Shown in pieces: positions 45,374 through 54,916 of a stretch of 64,000 nucleotides of DNA. How positions within the stretch are numbered: position 1 is the first letter of the stretch; each line of letters starts with the position of its first letter. The notes beneath the pieces are model-generated. The model ran no database searches and was not told the origin of the DNA. It saw only the letters and a program-made list of their open reading frames with translations. Where the stretch lies: IMG/VR virus record IMGVR_UViG_3300034102_002416; one strand, 5' to 3'. The position numbers were made by a program, and so were the translations under genes. Source of the stretch: a virus.

Positions 45374-46951
45374 TTATGCTTTCAATTGAATTGTTTTATC
45401 TAAATCAATACGAATTAAAAAATTCATATCTACATCAGATCTTTTACGAACCGGTTGTGCTAATTTTCCGATAGCTAATAATCTACCAAAATCATCATAT
45501 AAACCAATTGTAGTTATATATGGGGCAAAATCACTTCCTGATACAAAACTTTGATATGTACTATCATCATCTTTAGTAAGAGTTAAATTTGTTGACATAT
45601 TAAAATCACCAGAATCTAATTTTGTAATAACATTTAATTCGTTTATTGTTAATGTGCTACGATAACTAGAAGTATATGGTGACGATAATAAGGTGTGATA
45701 TCGATAGTCAGGCGATGTTATAACAACTAAACCTTGTTTACTAAAAACATTTCCTACATTTGCAGTTTGTAAAAATGTACCACCTTCTGATCGGTCACGT
45801 AATGAATTAATATTAGATGTAGTTAATGCATTATTATAAATTCGAATTTCATCTAACGAACCATTAAAATTTAAACTTTGCGTGTCAAACCCGCCAACAT
45901 ATAAACCATCAAAATTATCAATTCGACCTGATGCAGTAAATGGTGAAAATGTATTAATTAATAAATTATTTGTAACAGAAGCATGCAATACATTATTAAT
46001 ATACATTTGTAAACTACTTCCGGATTTTTGACAAACAACATGATTCCATGATCCGGTTAATATCAATGATGATGTTACCTGTGTTTTAAACGTAGTGCTC
46101 ACCGCAGCAGAAAATACCAATTGTTTAGAACCACTTAGTTGTATATTAAATGGATATGTTGGAGATAAACTGCTTGATGCTTTGGCAATAATCAATTCAT
46201 TATTAGTTCCAATATTGGATGCTGATATAAAAAATGATATAGCATAATCATGATCTCGATCATAGTATCCATTGATACTACTTTTTAAATAGCCATTTCC
46301 GGAAAATTTTGCAGAATACCCAACTGGTAATTGTAATCCAGATGTTGTTGGTACACCATTTTTAAATTCAATGTTTGAATACTCAAAATTAATTCTATTA
46401 ATATCAAAATATTCATTAAATCCTTCATACCATTTTACATTATCTACAATACTACTAGTGTTAAACGCGATATCATATAAATTGCTGTATACATCAGATG
46501 CTAAATTCAAAGATGATCCGGTAAATGTAAATGATGCTGGTTTAATACCTTCACCAATTTTTACTTGCGGGATTGATAATATAGATGCCGATTGAAATAA
46601 ATATTTTTTAGTACGATTTAAATCAGTTGGTCCATAAGTTTTCAAAGGTTCATTTTTCCAACGATAAAATAAATGATTAATAGAAAAATATGTAATAGTC
46701 TGTAAACTATCATCTATATTCATAGCATCATTATATGTTAATTCAGTGCCTAGAGCCGGTAATGTATTTATATCACTATAAATTCCAATTAATGGCAATG
46801 CACTACTAGTAGCACTTCCAGAAATAAACGACCATGATTTATATACTTGAAACGTATTAACAGATACATCGTTAATATCCACTTTTTTAAAAATAGATGG
46901 ATATACGCCTTGATAAGTATCTTGTTGATTATTTAATCTAGATTCTGCCAT
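45374..46951 (-). CDS. baseplate/fibre-attachment protein with LamG (concanavalin-like) domain
   Basis: WNHVVCQK...LQMYIN...FNGSLDEIRIYNNAL LamG; C-terminal YITTIGLYDD...LLAIGKLAQP. Confidence 0.75.
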   Translation of the reverse strand: MAESRLNNQQDTYQGVYPSIFKKVDINDVSVNTFQVYKSWSFISGSATSSALPLIGIYSDINTLPALGTELTYNDAMNIDDSLQTITYFSINHLFYRWKNEPLKTYGPTDLNRTKKYLFQSASILSIPQVKIGEGIKPASFTFTGSSLNLASDVYSNLYDIAFNTSSIVDNVKWYEGFNEYFDINRINFEYSNIEFKNGVPTTSGLQLPVGYSAKFSGNGYLKSSINGYYDRDHDYAISFFISASNIGTNNELIIAKASSSLSPTYPFNIQLSGSKQLVFSAAVSTTFKTQVTSSLILTGSWNHVVCQKSGSSLQMYINNVLHASVTNNLLINTFSPFTASGRIDNFDGLYVGGFDTQSLNFNGSLDEIRIYNNALTTSNINSLRDRSEGGTFLQTANVGNVFSKQGLVVITSPDYRYHTLLSSPYTSSYRSTLTINELNVITKLDSGDFNMSTNLTLTKDDDSTYQSFVSGSDFAPYITTIGLYDDFGRLLAIGKLAQPVRKRSDVDMNFLIRIDLDKTIQLKA

Positions 46952-46960
46952 AATCAGTAA

Positions 46961-47000
46961 TAAGCCCCGCTACATTTATTAATAAATATAACAGGGCTTA
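46961..47000 (-). promoter_or_regulatory. 40-nt inverted repeat enclosing a late promoter motif (46981-46989)
   Basis: Sense TAAGCCCTGTTATATTTATT|AATAAATGTAGCGGGGCTTA; all three arm mismatches are G-U on the minus-strand RNA. Confidence 0.65.
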
Positions 47001-47024
47001 AATCTATGTATTTTTTTAACTATG

Positions 47025-48332
47025 TTAGAAATCTAACTTAACACGAATTAATGCTTCTCGTTGGAATGATTTCAATAACGGTTGACTTAATTTAGATACT
47101 GCTAATAATTCTTGAGAATCATTGTATAATCCAACGGTTGTAATATATGTTTTTGGATCACCAACAAATGTAGATTGTGCAATTTGACCAACACTTCCCG
47201 TTGTATAGGATGGATTATTAGAAAAATTATATTCTGCATTTTTAATTCTAACAAAATAATGTGTACTAGTAATTGTTTCTGAATTACGAGCCTGGAACCC
47301 AAATGGATCGCCAGTTGCTGGATTCGTAATTAATGCCGATCCAGATATTGAACGAAATAGTGCAAAATGATTATTACCTTCTGAGCTAGAACCTGTATTT
47401 GTTTGGAAATTTAATTGTTGATCTAACATTTTCCCATCTAATACCAAAGTACCATATTGCGGATATGCTAAACCATAATAAACTGGTGCACCCGGATTAT
47501 GTACTCCTGTATTAATAGATCCAGAAACAATGTTATACACAGAAACGCCACCATTTAAAGTAACAGGCGAGATAGATGAATCATCGATCAATGTAATAAC
47601 TTGAGATCCAGAGACATTAACACTACCGGTTGCATTTAATGGTCTAGAACCAGAAATTGTTCGTAATGGTAATTCCCAATTGCCGGCATCTAAACTCTCT
47701 TTAAATCGATTTCTTTTAAAGTTAACAACATAAATATAATCAGTACTTCCAGAACCTGCAGTTGTAAATCTACTATCAGTCGGACTTAATAATAACTGTT
47801 TGTATTGTGAATACACTGCTTTTGATGGCGAATCATTTAATTGACCCTGTGAATCAGATCCACTTCCTAAAGCATGACCAAATGCCAATGAAAATTGCAC
47901 TGCAGACCCATCCGCTAACGGCGTTTCTTGCAAAACATCAACATAATATGTTCTTTGCGAATTTGTCTGTGTTGATGCTGTAAAAAAAGTTGTTAGACTT
48001 GCAAGATTATCACTCCATAATCCACCGGTAACAACTTCTAACTGATTTTGCACAACATCATTTGCCATGTCAAACTTGGTAAATATACGACCGTTCCTAG
48101 TTAATAATTGACCTTGTTGCATTTCTGCAACCATTTGGTTAGCTAGTTGTTGTGCTAATACTTGCACTTGCTCATTAACAGCATTTGCAGTAGCAGCTGC
48201 AGCATTAGCAACAGTTACACCACCAATTGAACCTTGTTGTACAGGTTGACCAGCCACATCTATCGCAATTCTATTAGTTTGACCATGTCTGGGTTGACGT
48301 TTTAATTTTTCAATTAAATTATATGTATTCAT
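47025..48332 (-). CDS. baseplate/fibre-attachment virion protein
   Basis: C-terminal YITTVGLYND...LLAVSKLSQP paralogous to 45374..46951; N-terminal LIEKLKRQPRHGQ. Confidence 0.65.
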   Translation of the reverse strand: MNTYNLIEKLKRQPRHGQTNRIAIDVAGQPVQQGSIGGVTVANAAAATANAVNEQVQVLAQQLANQMVAEMQQGQLLTRNGRIFTKFDMANDVVQNQLEVVTGGLWSDNLASLTTFFTASTQTNSQRTYYVDVLQETPLADGSAVQFSLAFGHALGSGSDSQGQLNDSPSKAVYSQYKQLLLSPTDSRFTTAGSGSTDYIYVVNFKRNRFKESLDAGNWELPLRTISGSRPLNATGSVNVSGSQVITLIDDSSISPVTLNGGVSVYNIVSGSINTGVHNPGAPVYYGLAYPQYGTLVLDGKMLDQQLNFQTNTGSSSEGNNHFALFRSISGSALITNPATGDPFGFQARNSETITSTHYFVRIKNAEYNFSNNPSYTTGSVGQIAQSTFVGDPKTYITTVGLYNDSQELLAVSKLSQPLLKSFQREALIRVKLDF

Positions 48333-48349
48333 AATATCCTATTATTCTA

Positions 48350-49000
48350 TTATAATGTTGCAGTTGTTGCTTGTTTAATAGTTAAATTAATAGTAACACT
48401 TCCTCCGGTTTCATTACCAATAATTGTAATCGTCGCAGTTTTGTCACTTAATAATTGCGTTTTAGCTACAACACGGAATTCAAATCCTACAACTGCAACA
48501 CTTTGTGCATCTTGATTATCCCCAATGAATCTTGGTGTAGTAGGAAGTACTGAATTTTGTAAAGCTCGTGTAACTTGTATATCTGCTACAGTCGAATCTG
48601 ATAATATCGCAGTATATCCTAAGTTTGCATTACCACCTTGTAAATTACTTGTATTTGGTGCAATTGTCGCACTATCATTTGGAGCTAATAATGTTATCGC
48701 AGTATTTCCAACAGTTACAATTGGAATATTAGTAGTTTGTTTTGGTAATGTAATTAGTTTGTATTTTAATGCCTGCGTTTCATCCGGTATTGCTTCAGTA
48801 ATAGGCATATTTTCAATAATTACCCCATAGTATGCCGTTCCCAATGGATGATCCGGATTCCATAATGTATAATCAATTTCATCATCGCCAACTGCAAATT
48901 GTGTAATATTAAAAGCATTTCCGCCTTGAGCAAGCAATTCACGACCTTTTAACGTCAAAATTGCATCAACTGTTACACTTGTATTATCTAAATATCCCAT
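48350..49000 (-). CDS. baseplate virion protein (tail-collar-fibre N-terminal-like)
   Basis: AILTLKGRELLA...ITQFAVGDDEIDY; late motif at 49021-49029. Confidence 0.6.
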   Translation of the reverse strand: MGYLDNTSVTVDAILTLKGRELLAQGGNAFNITQFAVGDDEIDYTLWNPDHPLGTAYYGVIIENMPITEAIPDETQALKYKLITLPKQTTNIPIVTVGNTAITLLAPNDSATIAPNTSNLQGGNANLGYTAILSDSTVADIQVTRALQNSVLPTTPRFIGDNQDAQSVAVVGFEFRVVAKTQLLSDKTATITIIGNETGGSVTINLTIKQATTATL

Positions 49001-49049
49001 ATTGTTTTAACCTTATTTTATATAAATATACATGTTAGTAATTTTAATG

Positions 49050-52000
49050 TTAAACTAAAACAAAAGACCCTTGATCCCCTAATGTTTGATAGATTAACTG
49101 ATTTGGATTAGTAGTACGCCATTCTACGACTGGACCACCATCTACTGTTTGTGTAGAATTAATGTTAAATGCTGGCGATGACATTTTTGCACCTGAATAT
49201 CGTTGGTTATCAATTCCTTGTGGTAAGTAATCTTGCACCTCAGCTAAACTTCCAGATAATCCATATGTGTATGTTGCATACGTACCAGAACCATATACGC
49301 CGGCTCCATATAATGATCCAATTGCATTTTCTGCTACATATGAAACAGTACCAGAAACAAAACGATATTCGGATTTTACACTTGAAATAATAGTAGGACA
49401 AAGAGCTTCACTTAACCAATATGGTGTAGATCCTGTAATCCAAGTACTTCCAGATCTTAAAATATATTCATGTGAGTATATTACCCCATCATACTTTTCA
49501 GAATTTGAAGCAGTTAAATACATTGTATATTCTGGATCAAACTCTGCAATAACATTTAATACGTTTGCATCCAAACTTCCAGTAAATAATAAACTATCTC
49601 CAGATCCGGATGGTACTATATTTTGTAAATTAGCATCATATACTGAATTATAACGTTCAATTTTTGGTAGTATAGAATCTTTATTTCGTTCTAAAAAGTT
49701 TGGCTGTATTAATACGCCGGTAAGTTTATCAGCACGGGCTGGTAATAATTGTTCTAGTTGTTTAAAAAATGATAAATCATACAATGAAAATATTTTTATA
49801 TATGAATTAATGTCATTTCTAGTAGAATATTTTTTCCAATATTCCTGAGCTTTGTGTATTAATTCTGGGTACGCAGTTTCCTCAGTATTACCCGGGTCTC
49901 CTATATAATCATCCAACGATATATAACCATATTGAGCTATTATATCTTCATCAATCATTGTCTGTGGAGAAAAATATACTCCTAGTTTTTTACTATCTAA
50001 TGGTGCTTTATCAAATTGACTTCGTTCCGCTCTAGTTTTTACATCCAATGTTCCAATTAGTTCATTATCTTCTAAACGAATTTTATTATCATCAAACGTA
50101 CCTGCACCTAAACTAGGAGAATCGTAGTAATATATTTCTTCTATGGAATCGTATGGTGTTGCTATAGTCCATCCAGAAAATGATGCTGATAATGAAGATA
50201 ATTTAGGTTGTACACCAACTAAAGATCCAGTAAGATTATGGTTAATTTTTTGTGTTAATGGCAATCTAAATAGTAATTCGTTATATGGATCGGGCGAATT
50301 ATATGCAGCAGGGGCTTTAACATGATTATTAAAATCAGAATCTGCTAAATTAACAGTCCAAATTCTTAATTCCTGCAATTGTCCTTCTAATCTATTAGCA
50401 CCAGTACTAGTACCACCTAAAATAATAGATCCAGTTGGATTAAATGAACCAGTGCCAGATGCTGAAACTGCTGCTACTATTTTACCATATTTTGAACGTT
50501 TTGCTGTAATTTCTAAATCGGAGCCGTTCGTACGAAGCATCGTAGATATCCATCCTCCGTCAAACATTTCAATATTAGCAGACCCCGTACCATTAACTAA
50601 TATAGTACCTAACGTACCACTTGTATAATCTATTGTAACTACATTTGACCCAATGGTATATAAATGCATTGTACTAGACATAGTTGGATTAGTAATTACA
50701 TTATCTGTTCTAAATCTAAGTTCTACCGTATTAATCGATTCGGAATAATTTATAGTAACAGTACCCGCAGGATTTTGTAATAAATCTAATGCATAATCAA
50801 AATTCAATTTTTCATATATAGGCACTCGATCAAGTCTAGGTCCACCGTATTCATTAATGGATATTATAGATTGTGGTATACCATAACAAGATAACAATGC
50901 TTGTATACTTCGTTTAGTACCTTTAGATTTTAATAATACCGGTAAGTTATTTACAATACGTCGCCAAACGGCATATGTACGATCTCGACCAGATACCGAT
51001 GGATCTCCTATAGTATTAGACCCAGTTAATGGAGTACCAGTTTCAGATGTTCCTAATACATATTCCCATAAATCTAATCGCTGATTCCCATCTGTTAAGT
51101 TCCATCCAAATTGTTTTGCTACCGAATATAATAATTCATTAGGCATTCCTAATTTAGGATTTTCTTCTCGCTTGTTAATTTGAGACATATGATTGATATA
51201 TGAATATAATATATCGTAATGATGTCCTAACATATTAACAAATGAAGTTATACCTTCATTAGCTGTATCTAGTTTTATAAATTGTGGCAATGCATATACT
51301 AACGCATTGTAATTCAATGTGTCATATAATGAAGCTGATACATAAATGTTATCATACCAATTAATAAACTGACTTGATGTTACTGATGCTAATGTATACG
51401 GTACTGTTGAATTTATTTTAGGGGCTGGCGTAATATAACTACCAGTAACAGATGCTACAGTAAAGTTTTCTGATAGTATTGGATTTGATGTTAATCCAGA
51501 TGATGATTGATAATATAAATATTGTTCAAATCCATCAAATCCACTTATCAAATTTGTTTTACTTGCTTGGAAATCTGCAACATTAGTTGTAGCTACGCTA
51601 CCCGATAATTGAGAAACTACTGAACTCTGAGACGTATAATACTCAATTAATTCTAATTTATATTTGAAATTTTCTAAACGTTCTGTAGCTGAACTATAAA
51701 ATATAAAATTATTAAAGTCCGAATAATCTATATTTAATTTTATTCCAGATAAACTTCCAGAAAAATATGAATCAACAATTTGTTGTGAAGTTTGTACACT
51801 TGATCCTAATAAATCTGTCCATGCCTGAAAACCGGTTTCAGTCGATGTATTATATACTGCATTTGCATACCAATTTGGATTTGCTAATGTACGAAACGTA
51901 GTTTCAATCGGCTTTGGAGAAATTGAAAGTTTATCAATATATGTTGATTTTAATTCTTCAACAACCCAACATTTAAAGTCAACATCAATATCAACAGATA

Positions 52001-52625
52001 ATGGTTCATATAGTTTAACATATAAATAGTCACCAATAACTACACTATTAACAAAAAGTACATTATTATTTCTGCTAAAATTTAATAAGTATTTTTTATA
52101 AAATTTGCTAGATGTATGTCGGACTGTCTGTATATACGATGTAATCTGTTTTAAAAATTCAGTATCTTCTGCATCGATTGCACGTAAACGTAATTCAGTA
52201 CGATCTGGTGAAATTTCATCAATTCGTAAATGTTGTCTTTCGTAACCTCCTATTAAATTTTTAAAGAAATTAACAGCAAATCTAAAATTACCAGATGTTA
52301 GTTTTAAGTTATTAAATTCATCATATAAATTAATTGCAACCGGTCGATTTTTAATTGAAATAATCTGTTTAGTTAATTTATTACGATATTCTGGAATTTT
52401 AGATTCTAATTGTATTTTATGATTTCCAGTTATCCACGTGTCATCAGAATATACATGTAATTCAACACGAATATCTTCAGATTGTTGAGAAATTTCTGGT
52501 ACTGGTACAACACGTTCATTTGCATCATAACTAAAAAATTCAGATTTTGTTTTTGCTATTCGATCAGCAGAAACTGATTTTGTAGAATTTTTAATTTCTT
52601 CGATATTTTTATATTGTGTTAACAT
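49050..52625 (-). CDS. large baseplate wedge protein (gp7/P2 gpI-like) with LamG-like domain
   Basis: LLYSVAKQFGW...LLKSKGTKRSIQALLSCYG wedge motif; EGQLQELRIW LamG-like; QLLPARA. Confidence 0.7.
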   Translation of the reverse strand: MLTQYKNIEEIKNSTKSVSADRIAKTKSEFFSYDANERVVPVPEISQQSEDIRVELHVYSDDTWITGNHKIQLESKIPEYRNKLTKQIISIKNRPVAINLYDEFNNLKLTSGNFRFAVNFFKNLIGGYERQHLRIDEISPDRTELRLRAIDAEDTEFLKQITSYIQTVRHTSSKFYKKYLLNFSRNNNVLFVNSVVIGDYLYVKLYEPLSVDIDVDFKCWVVEELKSTYIDKLSISPKPIETTFRTLANPNWYANAVYNTSTETGFQAWTDLLGSSVQTSQQIVDSYFSGSLSGIKLNIDYSDFNNFIFYSSATERLENFKYKLELIEYYTSQSSVVSQLSGSVATTNVADFQASKTNLISGFDGFEQYLYYQSSSGLTSNPILSENFTVASVTGSYITPAPKINSTVPYTLASVTSSQFINWYDNIYVSASLYDTLNYNALVYALPQFIKLDTANEGITSFVNMLGHHYDILYSYINHMSQINKREENPKLGMPNELLYSVAKQFGWNLTDGNQRLDLWEYVLGTSETGTPLTGSNTIGDPSVSGRDRTYAVWRRIVNNLPVLLKSKGTKRSIQALLSCYGIPQSIISINEYGGPRLDRVPIYEKLNFDYALDLLQNPAGTVTINYSESINTVELRFRTDNVITNPTMSSTMHLYTIGSNVVTIDYTSGTLGTILVNGTGSANIEMFDGGWISTMLRTNGSDLEITAKRSKYGKIVAAVSASGTGSFNPTGSIILGGTSTGANRLEGQLQELRIWTVNLADSDFNNHVKAPAAYNSPDPYNELLFRLPLTQKINHNLTGSLVGVQPKLSSLSASFSGWTIATPYDSIEEIYYYDSPSLGAGTFDDNKIRLEDNELIGTLDVKTRAERSQFDKAPLDSKKLGVYFSPQTMIDEDIIAQYGYISLDDYIGDPGNTEETAYPELIHKAQEYWKKYSTRNDINSYIKIFSLYDLSFFKQLEQLLPARADKLTGVLIQPNFLERNKDSILPKIERYNSVYDANLQNIVPSGSGDSLLFTGSLDANVLNVIAEFDPEYTMYLTASNSEKYDGVIYSHEYILRSGSTWITGSTPYWLSEALCPTIISSVKSEYRFVSGTVSYVAENAIGSLYGAGVYGSGTYATYTYGLSGSLAEVQDYLPQGIDNQRYSGAKMSSPAFNINSTQTVDGGPVVEWRTTNPNQLIYQTLGDQGSFVLV

Positions 52626-52628
52626 AAA

Positions 52629-53789
52629 TTACCCAACCGGTTGATTCCATTCATCAACATTTTTTGCCGCATCTGTAACGACCATGTATGTTTGTTCTGA
52701 AAAAATTGTATGCTGATCAGGTTGTCCTGCATATGCACCTATACCAAAATAATCTCCTATATCAAATTGTGAATTTGGGATAACTTCATCAATATATAAT
52801 ATTTGAGTTTCTCCAGAAGTAATAGAACCAAATATTGGTTCATCTACTTGAGCTGCTTGTAATAGTACATCTCTATATAATGTTAATACTGCAATCGTAT
52901 TATCATAATCATTTCGTAAATCTGCTAAAATAACAGCACCAGACGTAACGTTTGATATAAACAATGTTATTAAATTTGGATCGATACGATATCCAGGTAT
53001 TACTACTGATTGTATATCAGTTGGTATTTTTGACTTCATTGCATCAAAATGCGTTATTAATGCAGTTTTTGGTGGCCCTGGTGGAAGTAGATTAATTCTT
53101 GTTTTTGCAGAATCAATATATGAATTAGCTCTTGTTAAAAATTGAGATGCTCTAAAAGCAATATCATTATTATATGGATTTGCCGCGGGAGATGCATATG
53201 CTAAATTAGGACCTGGTCTAAAATAACGATTAAGCGGTTTATTAGGACCACCTTGCATCAAAGTAAAATAACATGTACCAAAGCCAGATACTGCTAAAAA
53301 GTAATGTGATATTTTAATACGTATACGAATATCCACTCCGGAATTTTTAACATCTTTAGTAATATAATATGTATTTGTAACAGTTTGAGGAACGCCTTCT
53401 ACAATTTGATCTAATAATATTCCGGATGGAATTCCACCAGCATTAACCGTAGCATTTTCACTTGGTTTATATCTTGCGTATACAGGATCTATATCTAATG
53501 TAAGATCTACATTTAAATTTAAATTATCACCAGTTTGAACTTCTACTGGGAACTTATAATACTGAAAACGAGTATCTAATACACGTAACAAAGAATTAGT
53601 AGCAATTTGTTCTGTAACTGGATCAATTATTAATAATGGATTGTTATTAGATCCTTCAGTCATTTTAATATTACCTGCATCATCTCGCGGAATAATATTT
53701 GTATCATTTGAAATGTATGTTAAACCATCAAGTCTATATTTTGCTTGAACTTTTTGATTAACAGGATCTAACTTTTGTATTTTAGCCAT
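52629..53789 (-). CDS. hypothetical virion protein
   Basis: 386 aa ORF translationally coupled within the baseplate operon. Confidence 0.6.
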   Translation of the reverse strand: MAKIQKLDPVNQKVQAKYRLDGLTYISNDTNIIPRDDAGNIKMTEGSNNNPLLIIDPVTEQIATNSLLRVLDTRFQYYKFPVEVQTGDNLNLNVDLTLDIDPVYARYKPSENATVNAGGIPSGILLDQIVEGVPQTVTNTYYITKDVKNSGVDIRIRIKISHYFLAVSGFGTCYFTLMQGGPNKPLNRYFRPGPNLAYASPAANPYNNDIAFRASQFLTRANSYIDSAKTRINLLPPGPPKTALITHFDAMKSKIPTDIQSVVIPGYRIDPNLITLFISNVTSGAVILADLRNDYDNTIAVLTLYRDVLLQAAQVDEPIFGSITSGETQILYIDEVIPNSQFDIGDYFGIGAYAGQPDQHTIFSEQTYMVVTDAAKNVDEWNQPVG

Positions 53790-54907
53790 TATCTAACTAC
53801 TTTAAAATAAATTTGATCATCAACATATTGTTCTACAATTCCATCAATAATCTTTAATTCTAAACGATAGTAGCGTTCCGGCATAAAACTATTCATATCA
53901 ACATAAATAAAATTTCCCGTACTATCGCAACTAACTTTATTATAAATATTATCATATGAAATTATAGGTTCATCTGTTTGTGCATCAAATATTGCATAAT
54001 ATGTAGTAGATGGTAAATATTTTACAGTTTCATATGGAAATAAATTTGTTGGAGATTTTCTAGGAAACTTATCACGTGCAAATATACGTATTTTTGTTAC
54101 TTCAGTGTCTTTATACTGCGGTTTAACCTGGGTATATACATCATATGAATCAATATTAACCTGGGTAAGAGATCCTGTTGTAAAAGTGCTGTTATCCCAG
54201 TACATAGTTAATCTAGGGACATATATAGTATGAGTATCTCTACTAAAAAATCTAATATAGCCTGATACATTATCATTTTGCTCATCAGAGTCAGAAAACT
54301 GCAGTAAGAATCCATAATTTGGAATAGATGCTCCACCACTTCCACTTAACCATATTTTAACAGAATCGGTTACATCAATATTTAAATCAGTAGTACGATA
54401 TGAAAATGATTCTGATGTTATTAAACCAGCTGTGCTACCACCAGATGCTGATTGAAACATCCATGAACTACCGGTACCAGATCCTGACGCATACAATGTA
54501 CTAGAACCAATTTGTATGTTCTGACTGCTAGAATACCATGTGCTACCAGATACCGGATAATTCCATGTTATACCATCTGTAGTAGGACTTGTTTGATATC
54601 CTGTACCATTAATCCAATCTTGTGCTATTAGTTTGGAAAAGATAGAATATTCTGCTGGTAAACTTTTTGCATGAGATGTATATAATTGTAAAATAAATTT
54701 ACAGTCGTTTACCGTTTTATTATATTTTGCTAATGATGCTGAAATTTCAGACATATCAAATTTTACAACAGCTCTAGATTTTAACAATGTAGCACCATCA
54801 TCGCCTAAACGTTTGCCTATTTCTAGTATTTCATCTAAACCGGTATTTGCATTAGGAGCCGATTCATATAATGTTGCATCTTTTTCTGCATAAAAAATTC
54901 TAAACAT
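53789..54907 (-). CDS. baseplate-associated protein with DNRLRE-like beta-sandwich domain
   Basis: EKDATLYESAPNANTG...SRAVVKFD...IDVTDSVKIW...NYGFLL...FFSRD...PRL. Confidence 0.6.
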   Translation of the reverse strand: MFRIFYAEKDATLYESAPNANTGLDEILEIGKRLGDDGATLLKSRAVVKFDMSEISASLAKYNKTVNDCKFILQLYTSHAKSLPAEYSIFSKLIAQDWINGTGYQTSPTTDGITWNYPVSGSTWYSSSQNIQIGSSTLYASGSGTGSSWMFQSASGGSTAGLITSESFSYRTTDLNIDVTDSVKIWLSGSGGASIPNYGFLLQFSDSDEQNDNVSGYIRFFSRDTHTIYVPRLTMYWDNSTFTTGSLTQVNIDSYDVYTQVKPQYKDTEVTKIRIFARDKFPRKSPTNLFPYETVKYLPSTTYYAIFDAQTDEPIISYDNIYNKVSCDSTGNFIYVDMNSFMPERYYRLELKIIDGIVEQYVDDQIYFKVVR

Positions 54908-54916
54908 GTATCACCT

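Noticed and set aside
53941-53949. Late-motif copy inside the 53789..54907 gene
   Set aside because: It is intragenic and about 150 nt from the next start, which is already translationally coupled; a chance match in AT-rich DNA cannot be excluded.
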